This document shows positions 38,127 to 50,312 of a DNA stretch of 64,000 bases, one piece after another (the stretch's first letter is position 1; each line of letters opens with the position of its first letter). Location of the stretch: the NCBI RefSeq assembly GCF_030028105.1, contig NC_092402.1:28566843-28630842 (forward strand), read 5' to 3'. Origin of the DNA: Mobula birostris. Taxonomy: Eukaryota. The position numbers and the translations under genes were made by a program. The notes under the pieces are model-generated. The model did not search any database, was not told the DNA's origin, and saw nothing but the letters and a program-made list of their open reading frames with translations.

Positions 38127-39790
38127 CAATGAGAGGGAACTTGATGATGGTGAGGACAATATGACTGAGGTTGATGTTCTGGAGCATGTTGATATTAAGG
38201 GAGAGGAGGTGTTGGAGTTGTTAAAATACATTAGGACGGATAAGTCCCCAGGGCCTGACGGAATATTCCCCAGGCTGCTCCACGAGGCGAGGGAAGAGTT
38301 TGCTGAGCCTCTGGCTAGGATCTTTATGTCCTCGTTGTCCACGGGAATGGTAGCGGAGGATTGGAGGGAGGCGAATGTTGTCCCCTTGTTCAAAAAAGGT
38401 AGTAGGGATAGTCCGGGTAATTATAGACCAGTGAGCCTTACGTCTGTGGTGGGAAAGCTGTTGGAAAAGTTTCTTAGAGATAGGATCTATGGGCGTTTAG
38501 AGAATCATGGTCTGATCAGGGACAATCAGCATGGCTTTGCGAAGGGCAGATCGTGTCTAACGAGCCTGATAGAGTTCTTTGAGGAGGTGACCAGGCATAT
38601 AGATGAGGGTAGTGCAGTGGATGTGATCTATATGGATTTTAGTAAGGCATTTGACAAGGTTCCACATGGTAGGCTTATTCAGAAAGTCAGAAGGCATGGG
38701 ATCCAGAGAAATTTGGCCTGGTGGATTCAGAATTGGCTTGCCTGCAGAAGGCAGAGGGTCGTGGTGGAGGGAGTACATTCAGACTGGAGGATTGTGACTA
38801 GTGGTGTCCCACAAGGATCTGTTCTGGGACCTCTACTTTTCGTGATTTTTATTAACGACCTGGATGTTGGGGTAAAAGGGTGGGTTGGTAAGTTTGCAGA
38901 CGACACTAAGGTTGGTGGTGTTGTAGATAGTGTAGAGGATTGTCAAAGATTGCAGAGAGACATTGATAGGATGCAGAAGTGGGCTGAGAAGTGGCAGACA
39001 GAGTTCAACCCAGAGAAGTGTGAGGTGGTACACTTTGGCAGGACAAACTCCAAGGCAGAGTACAAAGTAAATGGCAGGATACTTGGTAGTGTGGAGGAGC
39101 AGAGGGATCTCGGGGTACATGTCCACAGATCCCTGAAAGTTGCCTCACAGATGGATAGGGTAGTTAAGAAAGCTTATGGTGTGTTAGCTTTCATAAGTTG
39201 AGGGATAGAGTTTAAGAGTCGCGATGTAATGATGCAGCTCTATAAAACTCTGGTTAGGCCACACTTGGAGTACTGTGTCCAGTTCTGGTCACCTCACTAT
39301 AGGAAGGATGTGGAAGCATTGGAAAGGGTACAAAGGAGATTTACCAGTTTGCTGCCTGGTTTAGAGAGTATGCATTATGATCAGAGATTAAGGGAGCTAG
39401 GGCTTTACTCTTTGGAGAGAAGGAGGATGAGAGGAGACATGATAGAGGTGTACAAGATAATAAGTGGAATAGATAGAGTGGATAGCCAGCGCCTCTTCCC
39501 CAAGGCACCACTGTTCAATGCAAGAGGACATGGCTTTAAGGTAAGGGGTGGGAAGTTCAAGGGGGATATTAGAGGAAGGTTTTTTACTCAGAGAGTGGTT
39601 GGTGCGTGGAATGCACTGCCTGAGTCAGTGGTGGAGGCGGATACACTAGTGAAGTTTAGGAGACTACTAGACAGGTATATGGAGGAATTTAAGGTGGGGG
39701 CTTATATGGGAGGCAGGATTTGAGGGTCGGCACAGCATTGTGGGCCGAAGGGCCTGTACTGTGCTGTGCTGTACTATTCTATGTTCTATG
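38127..39790 (+). mobile_element. Young CR1 LINE, 5'-truncated, with an RT domain interrupted by a single stop
   Basis: 346-aa ORF 38161-39201 is in frame with 39229-39723 across one TGA. (ttctatg)n tail. Confidence 0.96.
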
Positions 39791-40049
39791 TATTACACAA
39801 CTCGGGCAAGTTTTCAGTCTTCCTCCCGTATGCTGATTCATCACCAACTTTGACACAGCCCATAACACATGTGGAGCTTATTTGGAGAAGCAATTTATGG
39901 AAATTATCTCTACCGGGAATGGGAACTGCATAGATGTTAATTAAGTAGAATTTGTAGTTGAGGCAACTAAGGAAATGGGCAATTTACTTTTGCTTAAATG
40001 TATATCACTATCAATAGTTATCATTTTACACATATGCATAGCTTACCAC

Positions 40050-40650
40050 TGATAGACTTGGGTTCCTCCGTTGTAGGTCGGGGTCGACCATGGATGTTGT
40101 AACTCAGCTGTCTACATGGTACTCAAGCCAGTCCACAAGGCAGGTTAGTATGATATGAAGAGCAAGCTGTTGTCCATGTAACAGGCTCCCTTGCTCCACA
40201 CAGCTGATGAATCCAAAGGAATGGCAGAGACCAAAACATTTTGGCACCAGCGGCATTGCAGAGTTGCCAGTTACCATTAGTAGCTTTAGGGATTCCAGCT
40301 CTGGATTTTTCCTCGAGGTTTACTCCTGAAGCCTTCCCCATGAGTGGGTGTAGCTGCAAGGCAGTGGAGGTTTGAGATCAGGGTTTTCCAAATCTTCCAA
40401 ATCTTCCAAGTCTTCCAAATGAGCTGCCAAATACAGCTGATAAGCCTCATCTGCCTGAAATGAGTCATATTAAAGCACCAGTAACCTACCTTTGCCCCTT
40501 CTCCTGTCAGTAGAAACTGTTCCTCTGGGTTTAGACACACGTGAAAGCCAGGAGCTGGACTTGGTTGCCAGAAACTACTTGAAACACTGGGAGCATTTAA
40601 TAGGTAGTGAGAGCTTATCCTCATTACCATCCCTGGATACAACAATATTA
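40050..40650 (-). mobile_element. RTE-like non-coding repeat with a short (aatcttcca)n duplication
   Basis: GC-richer block with ttggcaccagcggcattgcagagttgccag and ccttcccatgagtggg motifs. Family assignment is tentative. Confidence 0.4.
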
Positions 40651-41134
40651 GGGAGCCACTGATATATTTAATATGCATGTATATCAATTGGTTTGTATCG
40701 GCTGTTATATTTTAAGAGGAAATGATGCAGCACTTATGTGACCGTTGTATACCTTGTGGTGTGACTTTTGATACACTGGTGAACTAAATGCTATTCTTAT
40801 CTGAATGTTGACTGCTTCAATTAAACTTTGTTACTCACCATAGTGAGAGGCAACAACAAGCCTACAGACACTATGGTCAATAATCAGTATTTGAGAGGAT
40901 GCTTTTTGATAGGAAAATGGAGGGCTATGTCGGAGGGAAGGGTTAAATTGACCTTAAAAGGTTAAAAGGTTGGCACAACATCGTGGGCTGAAGGGCCTGT
41001 TCTGTGCTGGAATGTTCTATGTCCTAAACCTGGCTTTGGACCCTGTACGTGTAACACCGTACTATCTATGATAAGAACCTGATACACAATAGAAAATTAC
41101 GCCTAAAGAAGTAGTATTCCTATCATTATAATGC

Positions 41135-42350
41135 CGAATCAGAATCTAATTTGTTATCACTGACTTACTTGACAAGAAATTAGCTGTCTTGCAGGAGCAG
41201 TACAGTGCAAAGACATAAGATTACTATACATTACAAAGATAAATAGTGTAAAAATGAATGATAAGTTAGTGTTCATAGATTCATGGACCATTCAAAAACC
41301 TGATGGTGGAGGGGAAGAAATTGTTTCTGAATCATTGAGTGTGAGTCTTCAGGCTCCTGTATCTGCTCTTCGCTCGTGAGGGCTAGTGGTGGATGCAGTC
41401 CTCTTGAGGCACAGCTTCATGAAGATGCCTTCAGTGGTGGGGATACTTGTGCCAATGATGGAACTTGCTGAGTCTAGCTTGTGATCCTGTGTATTGGAGC
41501 CTCTAAACCATGCTGTGATGTAACCAGTCAGAATGCTCTCCCCATTCATCTTTAGAAATTTGTACAACTCTTTGCTGAAATACTGAATCTCCCCAAATTC
41601 CCAATGAAGTAAGGCTGCCGGTCTGCTTTCTTCATGACTGCATCCATGTGTTGGGCACAGGATAGATCCTCTGAGATGCTAATGCCCAGGAACTTGAGCC
41701 TGCTCCCTTTTCCACCACTGATTTCTCAGTGTGGATTGGTGTGTGTTGTCTCAACTTTCCCTTCCTGAAGTCCACAATCATTTCCTTAGGTCTGCTGAGT
41801 GAGTGAGGGGTTGTTGTTGCAACGCCACTCAATCAGCAGATCTATTTCACACTTGTGTGCCTCCTCATTCCTATCTGAGATGCTGCCAACAATAGTAGTG
41901 TCATTGGCAAATTTATAAATGCCCTTTGAACTGTGCTTAGCCACATAATCATGAGTGTAGAGAGAGTAGAGATAAGCATGCACCTTGAGGTGTGCCTATG
42001 CTGATAGACAGTCAGGAGGAGATTTTCTTACCGACTGGTATCCCATTTCAAAACTGGAGATGTACAGAAGCCCAGGGTTTGAACTTGGTGATTAGTACTG
42101 AAGGGACGATGGTGTTGACTGCTAAGCTGTAATTGATAAACAGTAGATTAACATATGTTTTACTGTGTCTAGTTGCTCCAAAGCAGATTGGAGAGCCAAT
42201 GAGATTACATCTGAAATAGACCTGGTGTGGCAGTAAGCAGTGGTCCTGTCTCAGGTAGGAGTAAATAGCTAACCTCTCAAAGCACTTCATTATGGTAGAT
42301 TTGGATGGTACCAGATGACAGTTGTTGTGGCAGCTCACCCTACCCTTGTT
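41135..42350 (-). mobile_element. Rex1/Babar LINE, degenerate
   Basis: ORF pieces IMKCFERL, LYSLYTHD...YKFANDTTIVG, KEMIVDFRK and ESILTGYITAWF. Confidence 0.88.
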
Positions 42351-43014
42351 ACACTTAGACTCTTTGCAGAATCTGTTGTGTGAATCAGTAATTCATTGAT
42401 GATGCGGCACGCAATGCATAAAGTCCACCTGGAATCCCCTGGATAAATAAGAAACATTCATTTGCCTCTAGAACCCAGTGAGGTAAACAGGGCAATCAAG
42501 ATTCTCCCATGTGTTCTAGCTTGCAAGGGTTTTGTTCAGATTTTATCCCTCCTTGATCTTTGCTTGGTCCTGTGTAAGGAAGGCTGTGATTTTGAAACTG
42601 TTATCCTTGATTTCAGATCCCTCCATGGTCCCAGTTCTCTTTTGTCTTGTGACCTCCTCCAGTCATATAAACTTCTGAAGTATCTGCAATATTCCAATTC
42701 TGACCTCTTGAGCTCCATGTGTGATCACTCCACCAGTGCTATAGAATAAAGTGCATTTTGTAAACCTCAAGAATATAGTACATTTTGTAAGCATTTGAAC
42801 ATCTTTTTCTTCTTTAAAAACACTTCCTAAAAACTTTTTTTGGCCATTTATCCTAAAATCTGCTTAGGTGGTTCACTGTCAAATTTTGTTTTATAACCTC
42901 TTGTGAAATGCATTGAAATACTTTGCAAGTATGTGCTGTGTTGGTAATAATCATTATTGTCTTTGCTACTCTTCTCACTTACATCCAGACCCTGCGTTAT
43001 GTTATCCTCTGAAA

Positions 43015-44040
43015 GAGTGGAAATAAAAGGGGCCTTTTCTAATTGGTTGCCGGTGATCAGGTGTTGGTATTGGGTCTGCTACTTTTCATATTATTCAGTT
43101 TGTTAATGATCTGAATAACAGAATTGATGGCTTTGTGGCAAAGTTTGTGGATATTTACAAAGAGGGACAGGTAATGTTCAGGAAGCAGGGAGGCTGCAAA
43201 AGGACTGAGACAGATGATAAGAATAAGCAAAGAAGTGGCAAATGGAATGCAGAGTCAGGAAGTGTATAGTCGTGCATTTTGGAAGAAAAAATAAAAGCGC
43301 AGACTATTTTCTAAATGGGGAGCAAATTCAGAAATTGGAGGGACATAGGAGTCCTCATGCAGGATTCTCTAAAGGTTAAATTGCAGGTTAAGTCGATGGT
43401 GACGAAGGCAAATGCAATGTTAACATTCATTCCCAGAGGACTAGATTATAAGAGCTTGCTTATAATGTAATGCAGAGACTTTACAAGGTATTGGTCAAAC
43501 CATACTTGGAGTGTTGTGAGCAGTTTTGGGTCCCATATCTAAGAAAGAGTATGCTGGCATTGGAAAAAGTTACGAGACTGACCTCAAGAATCAAAAGGTT
43601 AACATATGAGGAGTGTTTGATGGTGCTGGGTCTGCTCTCCCCGTAGTTGAGAAGCATGAAGGAAGATTTCATTGAAACCTATTAGATGTTGAAAGGGCTT
43701 GATAGAGTGGATGTGGAGAGGATGTCTGCAATAGTGGGAGAGTCTAGGATCAGAGTTCACAGCCTCAGAATTAAAATACATCCCTTTCAAACAGAAATGA
43801 AGAGGAATTTCTTAAGCTATTTCTGTGGGATTCATTGTCACAGATGGCTGTGGAGGCCAAGTCATTGTGTATATTTAATGCGGAGATTGATAGATTCTTG
43901 ATTAAACAGGACATTAAAGGTTATGGGAAGAAGGCAGGAAAATGAAATTGAGAAGAAAGATAAATCAGCTATGATTGAATGGTGGAGCAGACTCGATAGG
44001 CTGAATGGCCTAATTCTGTTTCTTTGTTTTATAATCTTGG
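43015..44040 (+). mobile_element. CR1 LINE 3' part, degenerate
   Basis: RT C-terminal similarity (ORF 43686-43901) and 3'UTR. Confidence 0.88.
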
Positions 44041-44736
44041 GTCTATTTAAGAAGAAATGACAATTAAATCAGGAAATAACAACATGATTCAAAAAATCTG
44101 TTTTTCTTTTGGGTACTTCACATTAGCACAACAAAATTTCGAGACATGCATTAGTTAAAAAAAAACATACATTATGTGGAAATTCTATGCATGGCACATA
44201 TATGGTGTGAAACACTCAAGGCAAACAGACCATTGCTATCTTACAAGGTCAGCTTCATCACACAGGAGGTCCTGTCTGAGGGCTTCCCCCAATCTTTCCC
44301 ACCCTGATTACAATCCTAACCAATCCCATGCCTGCAGGGACCAGAGCCTGTAAACTCTTGTGTTTCTGTACCTGTACCCAACAGCAGTAAAACTTAATTA
44401 GATATGAAGAAGCCATTGCAGATACATTGAAAAGAAATAGTTAAAGGAGCATAGACACAGGAGAATGCAGATGATAGAATCTTGATTAATAAAATCTGCT
44501 TCAGGAACCCAATGGGTCAAGTAGCATTTTCTGGAAGCAAAGGGATAGTTGACATTTGGGTCAAATCTACTTCAGGATACAGTACAAACAGCAAGAAGCT
44601 TACACACAATAGCATTTAATCTAATAGGAAATAAGTCAGATGACTGAAATAGAATAATAGCGAATGAGTGGTATAGTTAAGCAAGTGTTAACCAAGAGCA
44701 CAGCTCCTACATAATTACTAATATTTGACATGATAT

Positions 44737-45298
44737 AGAAACATAGAAACATAGAAAATAGGTGCAGGAGTAGGCCATTTGGCCCTTCGAGCCTGCACCG
44801 CCATTTATTATGATCATGGCTGATCATCCAACTCAGAACCCTGCATCAGCCTTCCCTCCATACCCCCTGACCCCCGTAGCCACAAGGGCCATATCTAACT
44901 CCCTCTTAAATATAGCCAATGAACTGGCCTCAACTGTTTCCTGTGGCAGAGAATTCCACAGATTCACCACTCTCTGTGTGAAGAAGTTTTTCCTAATCTC
45001 GGTCCTAAAAGGCTTCCCCTTTATCCTCAAACTGTGACCCCTCGTTCTGGACTCCCCCAACATCGGGAACAATCTTCCTGCATTTAGCCTGTCCAATCCC
45101 TTTAGGATTTTATACGTTTCAATCAGAATTTCAATTTGTGACCCCAGTTGTTTACAATATATATTAATGACTTGGATGAGGGAATTAAATGCAGCATCTC
45201 CAAGTTTGCGGATGACACGAAGCTGGGCGGCAGTGTTAGCTGTGAGGAGGATGCTAAGAGGATGCAGGGTGACTTGGATAGGTTGGGTGAGTGGGAAA
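44737..45298 (-). mobile_element. Young CR1 3' end (44737-45126, minus) with an adjacent inverted RT segment (45141-45298, plus)
   Basis: (catagaaa)3 tail, ORF 44833-45096, and plus-strand FTIYINDLDEG...KFADDTKLGG...DLDRLGEW. Confidence 0.9.
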
Positions 45299-45300
45299 AT

Positions 45301-45399
45301 GGTAAGAAATGGTGTGGCCCTATATCTATAAAATTTCTCGGTAAGAAATGGTGTGGCCCTATATCTATAAAATTTCTCGGTAAGAAATGGTGTGGCCCT
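45301..45399. repeat. 39-bp tandem repeat, 2.5 perfect copies
   Basis: Unit ggtaagaaatggtgtggccctatatctataaaatttctc. Confidence 0.95.
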
Positions 45400-45761
45400 T
45401 TGTTATTAATTAGGGAGAATGAATGGTAATCCTCATGGATTGGACATCATGTGGATTTCTGTGGATCAAAGGGGCGGTTGTTTAGTTTTGATCAACAACG
45501 TCCAACATGTTTGAGTTCCCCTTAGGGGATACATTGGACTCACCCAGTTTGCAATAATTGATGTAGTTTTGGAAGATGAACGATAGTTATGCCTGGAAGG
45601 AATCTAAGCATTGTTTCAAATTGTTTGATTTTGATATCTTTCTTCTCCTTGAGTGGTTTCAATGCTCATGTTAAACATATTACATATTGCATCTTGTCCA
45701 AAGATTTTGAACTGATTAAATCTGCAAAATAGTCACTGACAATGTGTTGATGGGAAAATCT

Positions 45762-45850
45762 GTTGCCATGACAACAACTGTGCTTCTACTTAACTGAGGT
45801 AAAACTGTCCAAATCAATCTTTTAGCAGTTCAGTTCATTACCATGGAAAC
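45762..45850. promoter_or_regulatory. Pair of RFX X-box-like palindromes
   Basis: GTTGCCATGACAAC (45762-45775) and ATTACCATGGAAAC (45837-45850) in unique sequence. Confidence 0.35.
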
Positions 45851-47341
45851 AACCAATGTTCATTCTATTTCATGCTGCAATAATTTTTTAGCTTGATGAT
45901 TTTTCAGCTCATTTTAAGATTCTCCTGCTCAGCGTGTTGTTTATTTTAAATTCATTTATTTTAAACCTTTTTTGTTGCATATCTTACCATTTCCAAATAG
46001 CCTCTGTTAATCTTAAAAGCTGGTTTTGCAAAATAGTAAATGTTGCCTTTAAAATACAGACTGTTCTTCAAAAGAATGGGCAATCATTGAAACAATGTGA
46101 AGTGCTCAGAACATTGTTACTTTCCAATGGTCACTTTTTGTGCAAATATAAAACAACTTTTTCAATAGTTCACTGACATGAAACATGTTTTAGTACAGCC
46201 TTGCAAAATCAGTTACTAATATTTGTAACCAGTTATAAGAAGACACAAATGCTAGATTTTATGAACAGTTGAATTTCTATTCAGATTGTGATGCAACGCC
46301 ATCAATCTAATAATGGTTCCTCTCTTTTCTTAATATGCAGTGAGTTCTGACTAGATATTTATGCATTTGGGTGCATAACTTTAAATCATTTTACAGCCTT
46401 AACTCAATAAGTCTGAATTTTTATTCCATCCTACAGCTCATCATTGATTTTAGACTTCAGTCATTTTCCAAATCTTTTGATTATTCAAACAATGGAAATT
46501 TACCAGTGGATGCATTGTCAGGACTAATGTGGCATTGTGTACAATTCTGGGGAGAACTTCTGGAATGGCAGGATTTTTTGATATTGCTGGATGCATTACT
46601 GCTTTCTGTCATCTGATCATGCTATTAGGGTTATTGAGATTCAACAAAGAAAAGACATGCTTGCAAATGAATTTATTGCAAAAGCACAGATGAAGCGCCT
46701 GGCTCCCTATTGCGGTTTAAGAATATTTTCAAAATCAAGAGAACTCTACAAATGGAGCACATTTGTTTGGCAGTATTTTCTATAAAGTAACACTAGCCTT
46801 TGGAGGTCAATGAGTTTATTGAATATTCGATTCCACTGCTACTGAGTTGTGTGCAAATAGGTCGAAGATTAGCTTCAGCTCCTCTGTGTCTGTATGGAAG
46901 ATTGAGGTTGCTGTTTCAATGAATAATGAATGTTCCCAACGACCTCAGAGCAAGTCAGTGTCATGATCATGCTTCAAAAACTGTTATTCTGCCTAGTCCT
47001 ATTGACCCGTACCTCAATCATAGCTCTCCATACCCCTCCCATCCATGTACTTATTCCAACTTCTCTTAAATTTTGAAATCAAATCCACTTCCACCACTTC
47101 TGCTGGCAGTTCGTTCCACATTTGCACCACCCTTTGACTGACGAATTTTCTCCTCAGGTTCCCCTTAAGTATTTCTGCTTTCACCCTTAACCTATGACTT
47201 CTAGTTCTAGTCCCATGCAAGCTCAATGGAAAAGGCCTGCTCGCATTTACTCTATCTATACCCCTCATAAATTTTGTATACCTCTATAAAGTCTCCCCTT
47301 ATTCTCCTACACTCCAGGAAACAAAATTCTAACCTATTCAA

Positions 47342-48766
47342 TGTCATGATCTGGTCCATGAAATCCGCATTCCGGTTCCTTATTCCAGGTTTTCCGGTTT
47401 TCCCAGTTTCTGTTGAGGCAGTTGATTCTCGTTTGTGCTGGCTTCATAAATAGCTTCAGGATTCAGCCTCTGTTTGCTGGATTGTTCCTGTTCTCACCCC
47501 CTGTCTGAATCCCTTCTCTGCCCCTTGCTCCTGAAAGCTTGCCATGACCCTGCAACCTGTGTCTGAAGCCTTGCCTCACCCTGCCTTGTCTGAAGCCTTG
47601 CCTCGCCTTGCCTCATCTGAAGCCTAGCCTCGCCTTGCCCCGTCTGAAGCCTAGTCTCGCCTTGCCTTGTCTGAAGCCTAGCCTCACCTTGCCTCATCTG
47701 AAGCCTTGCTTTGCCCTTAACCCTCGCCTGCACTGCTGTCTAGTTCCATCACCGGAACAAGATAAGGAACTGTATATTGTTGTTTTGGACTGTCTCTGTG
47801 TTCACACCTTCGCGAGGTAGGTCCGACCGTTTGCCACTACCTAGTGTTGGGAACCATCTGTGTCCATGCCTTCGCTAGGTAGGTCCGGCCGTCTGCCGCT
47901 ACCTTGTGTTAGGAACCGTCTCGTCGTGTTCAGCATTCTGTGTAATGAGTCCCGGCCCTATGTCCTGTACCCAAGGAGGGGTCCCGGCTCTGTGTTCTGT
48001 GTATGAGTCCTGGCCCTATGTTCTGTTTCTAAGGAGGGGACCCGGCTCTGTGTTCCATGTTCCTGTCTCTCCCTTGACCAAGGCTCTGCGTTCCTGTCTC
48101 TCCCTCGACCAAGTCAAGGCTTTGAGGTCTCGTCCAGTCCTAACCATGATCCATGAACTTTGTACTGTCCAAGCCATGGCTTTGTGTTCTTGTCTTGTCC
48201 ATGTGTCTCGCCCAGCCCAGGAGTACCTTGCTCAGCCCGGTGCTGGGGTTCCCTTGTCCTGTGCTGGGGTTTCCTTGTCCTGTCCAGGAGTCTCACGTCC
48301 AGTCCTGTTGCCTCTCCTCGTCCTGTAGCCACGTCTTGTTCTCACCTAGCTCTGGAGTCCGAGCCCGAGTCAAGTCTCAGGTTCTGGGTCCTTGCTCAGT
48401 CTCTGGCTTGGAGTCCGTATCCAAGCCTCGAAATACCCTAGCCTCGAAGAACTCAAACTTCATCATGTCTTCGCCTAGATCCGGGGTCGAAGCCCGAGCC
48501 AAGACCCAGGTTTCGGGTCCTTGTCCAGTCTCTGGCTCGGAGTCCAAGCCCAGGCTCCTAGTTCCAAGTTTCATGTTCTGGTTCCGCTATCCTAGTCAAG
48601 TCCTAGCCCAGGCCCTGTATCCTTGTCTCGTCCAGGGCCTGTGTCATATCCAGCGTCCTTTCTTCCCCACTTCCCTTGCTTTCTTGACTAACCTAGTCCT
48701 GTTCCTTGTACTTCAGTGTCTGTGCCTCGCATTTGGGTCCACCACCAATGCCCTCCTCCTATGATA
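47342..48766 (+). mobile_element. Solo LTR-like element (1425 bp, probably Gypsy) with 5-bp TSD
   Basis: Ends are TGTCAT...ATGATA (about TG..CA). TSD ttcaa at 47337-47341 and 48767-48771. gcatttgggtcc lies near the 3' end. Confidence 0.8.
47560..47712. repeat. 27-bp minisatellite (about 5.5 copies) inside the LTR
   Basis: Unit similar to gtctgaagcct(t/a)gcctcgccttgcctt. Confidence 0.9.
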
Positions 48767-49244
48767 TTCAACCTTTCCTTATAACTCAGGTCCTCAGGTT
48801 CTGGCAATATCCATGTAAATTTTCCCTGTACTCTTTCAATCTCCCCTGTAGGTAGGTAACCAGAACTGCACAGAATACTCCAAATTTGTTCTCACCAACG
48901 TCTTACAGAACTTCAACATAATAACCCAGCTACTGTGCTCAAAACTTTGATTTATGAAGGCCAATGTGCCAAAGGTTCTCTTTACAACTTTATCTACCTG
49001 TGATGCCACTTTCAAGGAACTATGGATATGTTTTCTCAAATCCCTTTGTTTTATCACACTCCTCAGTGCCTTACCCTTCACTGTGTAAGCCCTACCCTGG
49101 TTTGTCCTCCCAAAGTGCAATACCTCACACATGTCTGTTTTCAATTCCATCTGCCATTTTTCAGTCTATTTTCCCAGCTGGTCGAAATCCCACTGCAAGC
49201 TTTAATAGCCTTCCTTAATGTCCACTACACCACCAATCCATAGA

Positions 49245-49552
49245 AGGAGATTCTAGGACAAGAGGGCATGACTTCAGGATTGAAGGACATCCTTTAGAAC
49301 TGAGATTACTTTAGTCAGAGGGTGGTAAATCTACGGAACTTGTTGCCACGAGTGGCTGTGGAGGCCGAGTCGTTGGGTGTATTTAAAGCAGAGATAGATA
49401 GTTTCTTGATTAGCCAGGGCATCAAAGGGTATGGGGTGAAAGCAGGGGAGTGGGGATGACTGGAAGAATTGGATCAGCCTATGATTGAATGGTGGAGCAG
49501 ACTCGATGGGCCGAATTGTCTACTTCTACTCCTATATCTTATGTTCTTATGG
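49245..49552 (+). mobile_element. CR1 3' end
   Basis: Highly similar to 11845-12160. Confidence 0.9.
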
Positions 49553-49799
49553 TCAATCTTGCTTGATTGTGCACCATTTGATGAAATGTTGCCTAGTTTT
49601 CCCCACTCCAAACATAAAGACTCATTTTGACCCCAGAGGTTGGTAGCTAAGTCCATGATTGTTGCTTCCCAGGGAAATGACAAAGCTCAAACTCATTTCA
49701 TTATACCAGGGAAAATTTTTACAACCCAAGATGTCTGAGAAGTAAAAAAAATCATAAAGTTTTTGTCATATTTCTCATCTGAAATAAAACACAATCTCT

Positions 49800-50312
49800 C
49801 AGATCTAAAACACTCATATGTTCCAAGCTCTAATAAAAGTTTAGACCTTCAATAGGACACAATTTTTCACATAATATTAACAAGCAATCTGCAAGATCTC
49901 CCTTGATAGAAAACAAAAATACCTTGGCAATTATTGAAGCAATTTGATAGCATACCCCTGTGGCAGTTTTTGATTCCTTCTGCACCATATGGAACAACTT
50001 TCTGTGAATAGAAATGTCATGTAAAATCTGCAATTACTTTGCACAATTGTCCTCTTATTCATTAGAACTGGAATGTTTGGTCTTGTAATTCCTGTTCAGG
50101 CTGAACTCCTTTGGCAGTGCAAATTTCTTTTCACAGCTTAGATATATATTCAATCCTTTGAAATTTTCAACAATTACCAGCAACTTTTCCTTTTTCTTAA
50201 CCTCTGCTTGACTGTCTCTGAATGATTCTTGTACCTCTTTGGGTGTAATGGTCTCCCACACAAATTTTCTCTTTCTCTTTTTGCTGTCTCCTCTGATCAT
50301 TTGTAGTCCCAC
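49800..50312 (-). pseudogene. hAT (Charlie/SPIN, GTF2IRD2/EPM2AIP1-like) transposase N-terminal fossil
   Basis: KKRKRKF.WE...LSCEKKFALPKEFSLNRNYKTKH (decayed BED-like finger, compare C..C....KEYNL.RHY.TKH) is followed in frame by TATGVCYQIASIIAK..FS.KGDL.DCL.ILCEKLCP. Confidence 0.65.

Larger units (their letters stand above)
35085..39880 (-). mobile_element. Rex1/Babar LINE broken into pieces (about 35085-35350, 37890-38125, 39790-39880) by two CR1 insertions
   Basis: (ttcaaag)n tail with tttatt at 35085-35110. ORF 37774-38187 includes NINKSKELIVDFRR...VKKVQQCLYFLR. The element resumes at 39791 after the CR1. Confidence 0.7.
46990..49238 (-). mobile_element. CR1 3' part interrupted by a solo LTR
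   Basis: ORFs 48836-49150 and 47014-47268 are colinear CR1 RT C-terminal pieces. Confidence 0.9.

Noticed and set aside
45301-45399. CRISPR-like repeat/spacer appearance
   Set aside because: The intervening sequences are identical, so this is a plain 39-bp tandem repeat. The context is eukaryotic and there are no cas genes.
47494-47820. Repetitive ORFs (ARLQMRQGE)n and (LKPSLALP)n
   Set aside because: These are translations of the 27-bp minisatellite inside the solo LTR.
47906-48764. Long ORFs of 140 and 203 aa as a host gene
   Set aside because: They lie in low-complexity, A-poor LTR sequence that lacks stops by composition, and show no protein motifs.
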